Positions 61,801 through 64,000 of a stretch of DNA of 64,000 bases are shown piece by piece. The number at the start of each line of letters is the position of its first letter. The first letter of the stretch is position 1. Under the pieces are notes generated by a model. The model ran no database searches. It saw nothing but the letters and a program-made list of their open reading frames with translations, and was not told where the DNA came from. Source of the DNA: Anthoceros angustus (lineage: Eukaryota > Plantae > Anthocerotophyta); the NCBI GenBank assembly GCA_010909165.1, contig VJWM01000172.1, positions 248,001-312,000 on the forward strand. Direction: 5' to 3'. Both the position numbers and the translations under genes were made by a program.

Positions 61801-64000
61801 ATGAGGTCATCGGCCTTCATCACACCGACTAAAGGGCGTAAGCATGGTTTGGTGCCACATATTAGTACCAAATGTCACAACACAATTGGTCACCTTGAGA
61901 GAGTGTGAAGGATAGAATTGAACTTTCAAATCTCACTTGTGATTATTTAATGACTTTTTTGCCTCCCGTAATTTACTTCTATTAATTTATTTTAGGTTAA
62001 ACTTACTTATATAAAGTAATATAAAATTACATAACCTTTCTTACTTCACATTCGCTGGAAACCCGACTGTTGAGCTTTGTGCACACGACCGGCCTTTGCC
62101 CTCCCCTACCTTAGTCTCGCCAGGCCACTATCGCCACTCTGCACGCGATTATCCTTCACGTTTATGTTTACATGTCCCACGGCCGCTGCTCGTCTTCCCT
62201 CCCTCCTTCCATCCCCGCCCCACATTTCTTTGTCGTGGCCTTTGCTGTGCCGCCTGCCGTCTTGTGGAGGTGTGGGTGCCATGGCCGCCAGCAATCCTCT
62301 ACACGGAATAAGAAGAGAATGCACGTCTGCCGAGCGAACGTGTGCTATCGTCGTGGAGGAGGCTCCTTGGAATCGTGGGATATGGAGTGGCATGATGGAG
62401 ATGGAAAGCTCCGACAAAGGCATCAATGTCCGGACGACATGCTTCTTAAGGGTTTGAAGGAGCTTGTTGGAGGTCTGAAGTTATCACAACGTGGTTTGGG
62501 AGCCATATCATGCTAGTGAAGGCTACAAGTTCAACGCTACTACAAGGTTGCTTCACGAGGAGTGGGCGAACGTGGATGAGCTTCTTCTTGATTTATGGGC
62601 GGCCTTGGCAACGGACAAAAAGTCCCCGCTACATGGTGCTTGGTATTCTCTTGGAGAAGTTGTTGCATAAGTCAAGTTAAGGTGGGCTTTGTGTCCTGCG
62701 ACCGAGAAGGTGAAGGCTGCCAAGAAGAAAGCTCAAAACCCGAGTGGGAAGAGGAGCATGAGGAACATGAGGAGGAGGTGGGGAGGCCGAGCTTGACGAG
62801 AGGGAGGAAGCACGGCTGTGAGGGGCTGTGACACACGTACAGTCGTGGAAGTAGGGCGATGGAGAGAGGGACACCTGTCTCCTCTCGAGTAAAGAAGGCC
62901 TCTTCTGCCAAACTACTTGATAAGGAGGGTGCAGGAGGCGGTGACAGAGGTAGAGAGCAGCAGGAGCAAGCAGACCTGCATGCAAGGGACAAGAAGGAGC
63001 AGGTTGACTTGACAGGTTTGTCCAGACGCATGCGCACAGGGTTTAGGCCATGGTTTTGCCTTCCACGGAAGAAAGATCCGGCAGGTTTGCATCAGTGTTG
63101 TTTGTTGTCGTTGATCCATTTATGTTGTGCACATCTGTCCATAGCATGCGCAGGCGGGGAGGATTTCTTCTGAAGCCACCATTTTGTGCCCGCTCTCACA
63201 ACATTTGAATTGTGTCGACTTGGCCGAGCATTTGCCCAATTGTTTCTTAGCCTTGTGGACCTCAATTTAAATTGCCACGAACTGAGTACAAGGCACCAAC
63301 GTGGTGTAAATGACTCGACAGAAGTGGTGCGGCCGAGAATGCCCGAAACCGATGGATGAACACCTATGAACACCTACAAAACCAACAAAACCAAACCAAC
63401 TTATTTTAGAAATAGGGTTGGAAGAGATTTTTTCCAAAACCCCTTTTGACAGGAGAAACCCTTCCTACAGACGTTTGATCCGAAGGGCATATTTTGAACT
63501 TTGCAACAAACTCAAAATCGCAATTTTAAAACTATTTTTCATTCAAAAGTAGATTTTTGATTTGATATCACAATGAAAAATACCCTTATAGTGGCAATAT
63601 TCTAAACCAAAATAAGTTGACGAAAATAATATCTTGCAATGTATTCATCCAAGTACAAGAAGAAGAGAATCAATTGCCACAACGAACAATTTCGCATCAA
63701 TTCTTGAAAGATGAACATTTTCATACCATACTTGTACTCAAGATGTATTTTCACTATATTTGGGTGGTCCAAACTATGCTTGTTGGTAACGACAAGTTGT
63801 TGATGGAAAGGTGTATTTTTGAGATAAGCTGCAGTGGAGTTAATGTTTGAGCACCTCAAAATCATGTCAGTGAAAGTCAAAGAAGAGTGCAACAACTTGA
63901 GGTATTGGTTTCCAAGGATTATCTCCGTCTAGCTACAACGCTTCGAGTTTCCAATCGTTTCTTTTTTCTTCACTCAAAGTTTTCTAAGTTCTTTGGGTTG

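Larger units (their letters stand above)
30247..64000. repeat. Head-to-tail macro-array: units 30247-39782, 39783-50114, 50115-57711, 57712->64000 (basic unit ~7.6 kb)
   Basis: Junction ggagatt..gaatc(c)tagctactacttcaagtg at 30247, 39783, 50115 and 57712; colinear content; length differences explained by nested duplications. Confidence 0.95.

Overview
Eukaryotic, plant nuclear DNA; the gene content suggests a non-seed land plant such as a fern or lycophyte (inference). 1-10 kb: a degenerate CRE-type non-LTR retrotransposon with a restriction-like endonuclease (RLE), an intact intronless DNAJC8-type J-protein gene, a secreted single-domain DUF26/Gnk2-like gene and a rearranged LISCL-type GRAS locus. 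10.9-15.0 kb: a disrupted minus-strand gene joining an acidic N-terminus, a ParB-like domain and a BAH/Tudor-like domain, split by a 2.1-kb opposite-strand insert with a PHD-like finger and bounded by an imperfect ~25-bp direct repeat. 15.5-31.3 kb: three nested, truncated Ty1/copia elements; two carry an antisense extra ORF between RNase H and the 3' LTR, and one has a near-precise 447-bp internal inversion. 30.2-64 kb: a head-to-tail array of ~7.6-kb basic units (3 complete plus 1 partial), each made of a copia 3' end, an LTR and unrelated flank, with nested sub-duplications. Tandem duplications from 14 bp to ~10 kb recur throughout, most with short junction microhomology. Duplicated GC-rich tracts are indel-rich, probably from uncorrected long-read error, so many frameshifts may not be biological. 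All domain calls are by eye from motifs; no database searches were run.
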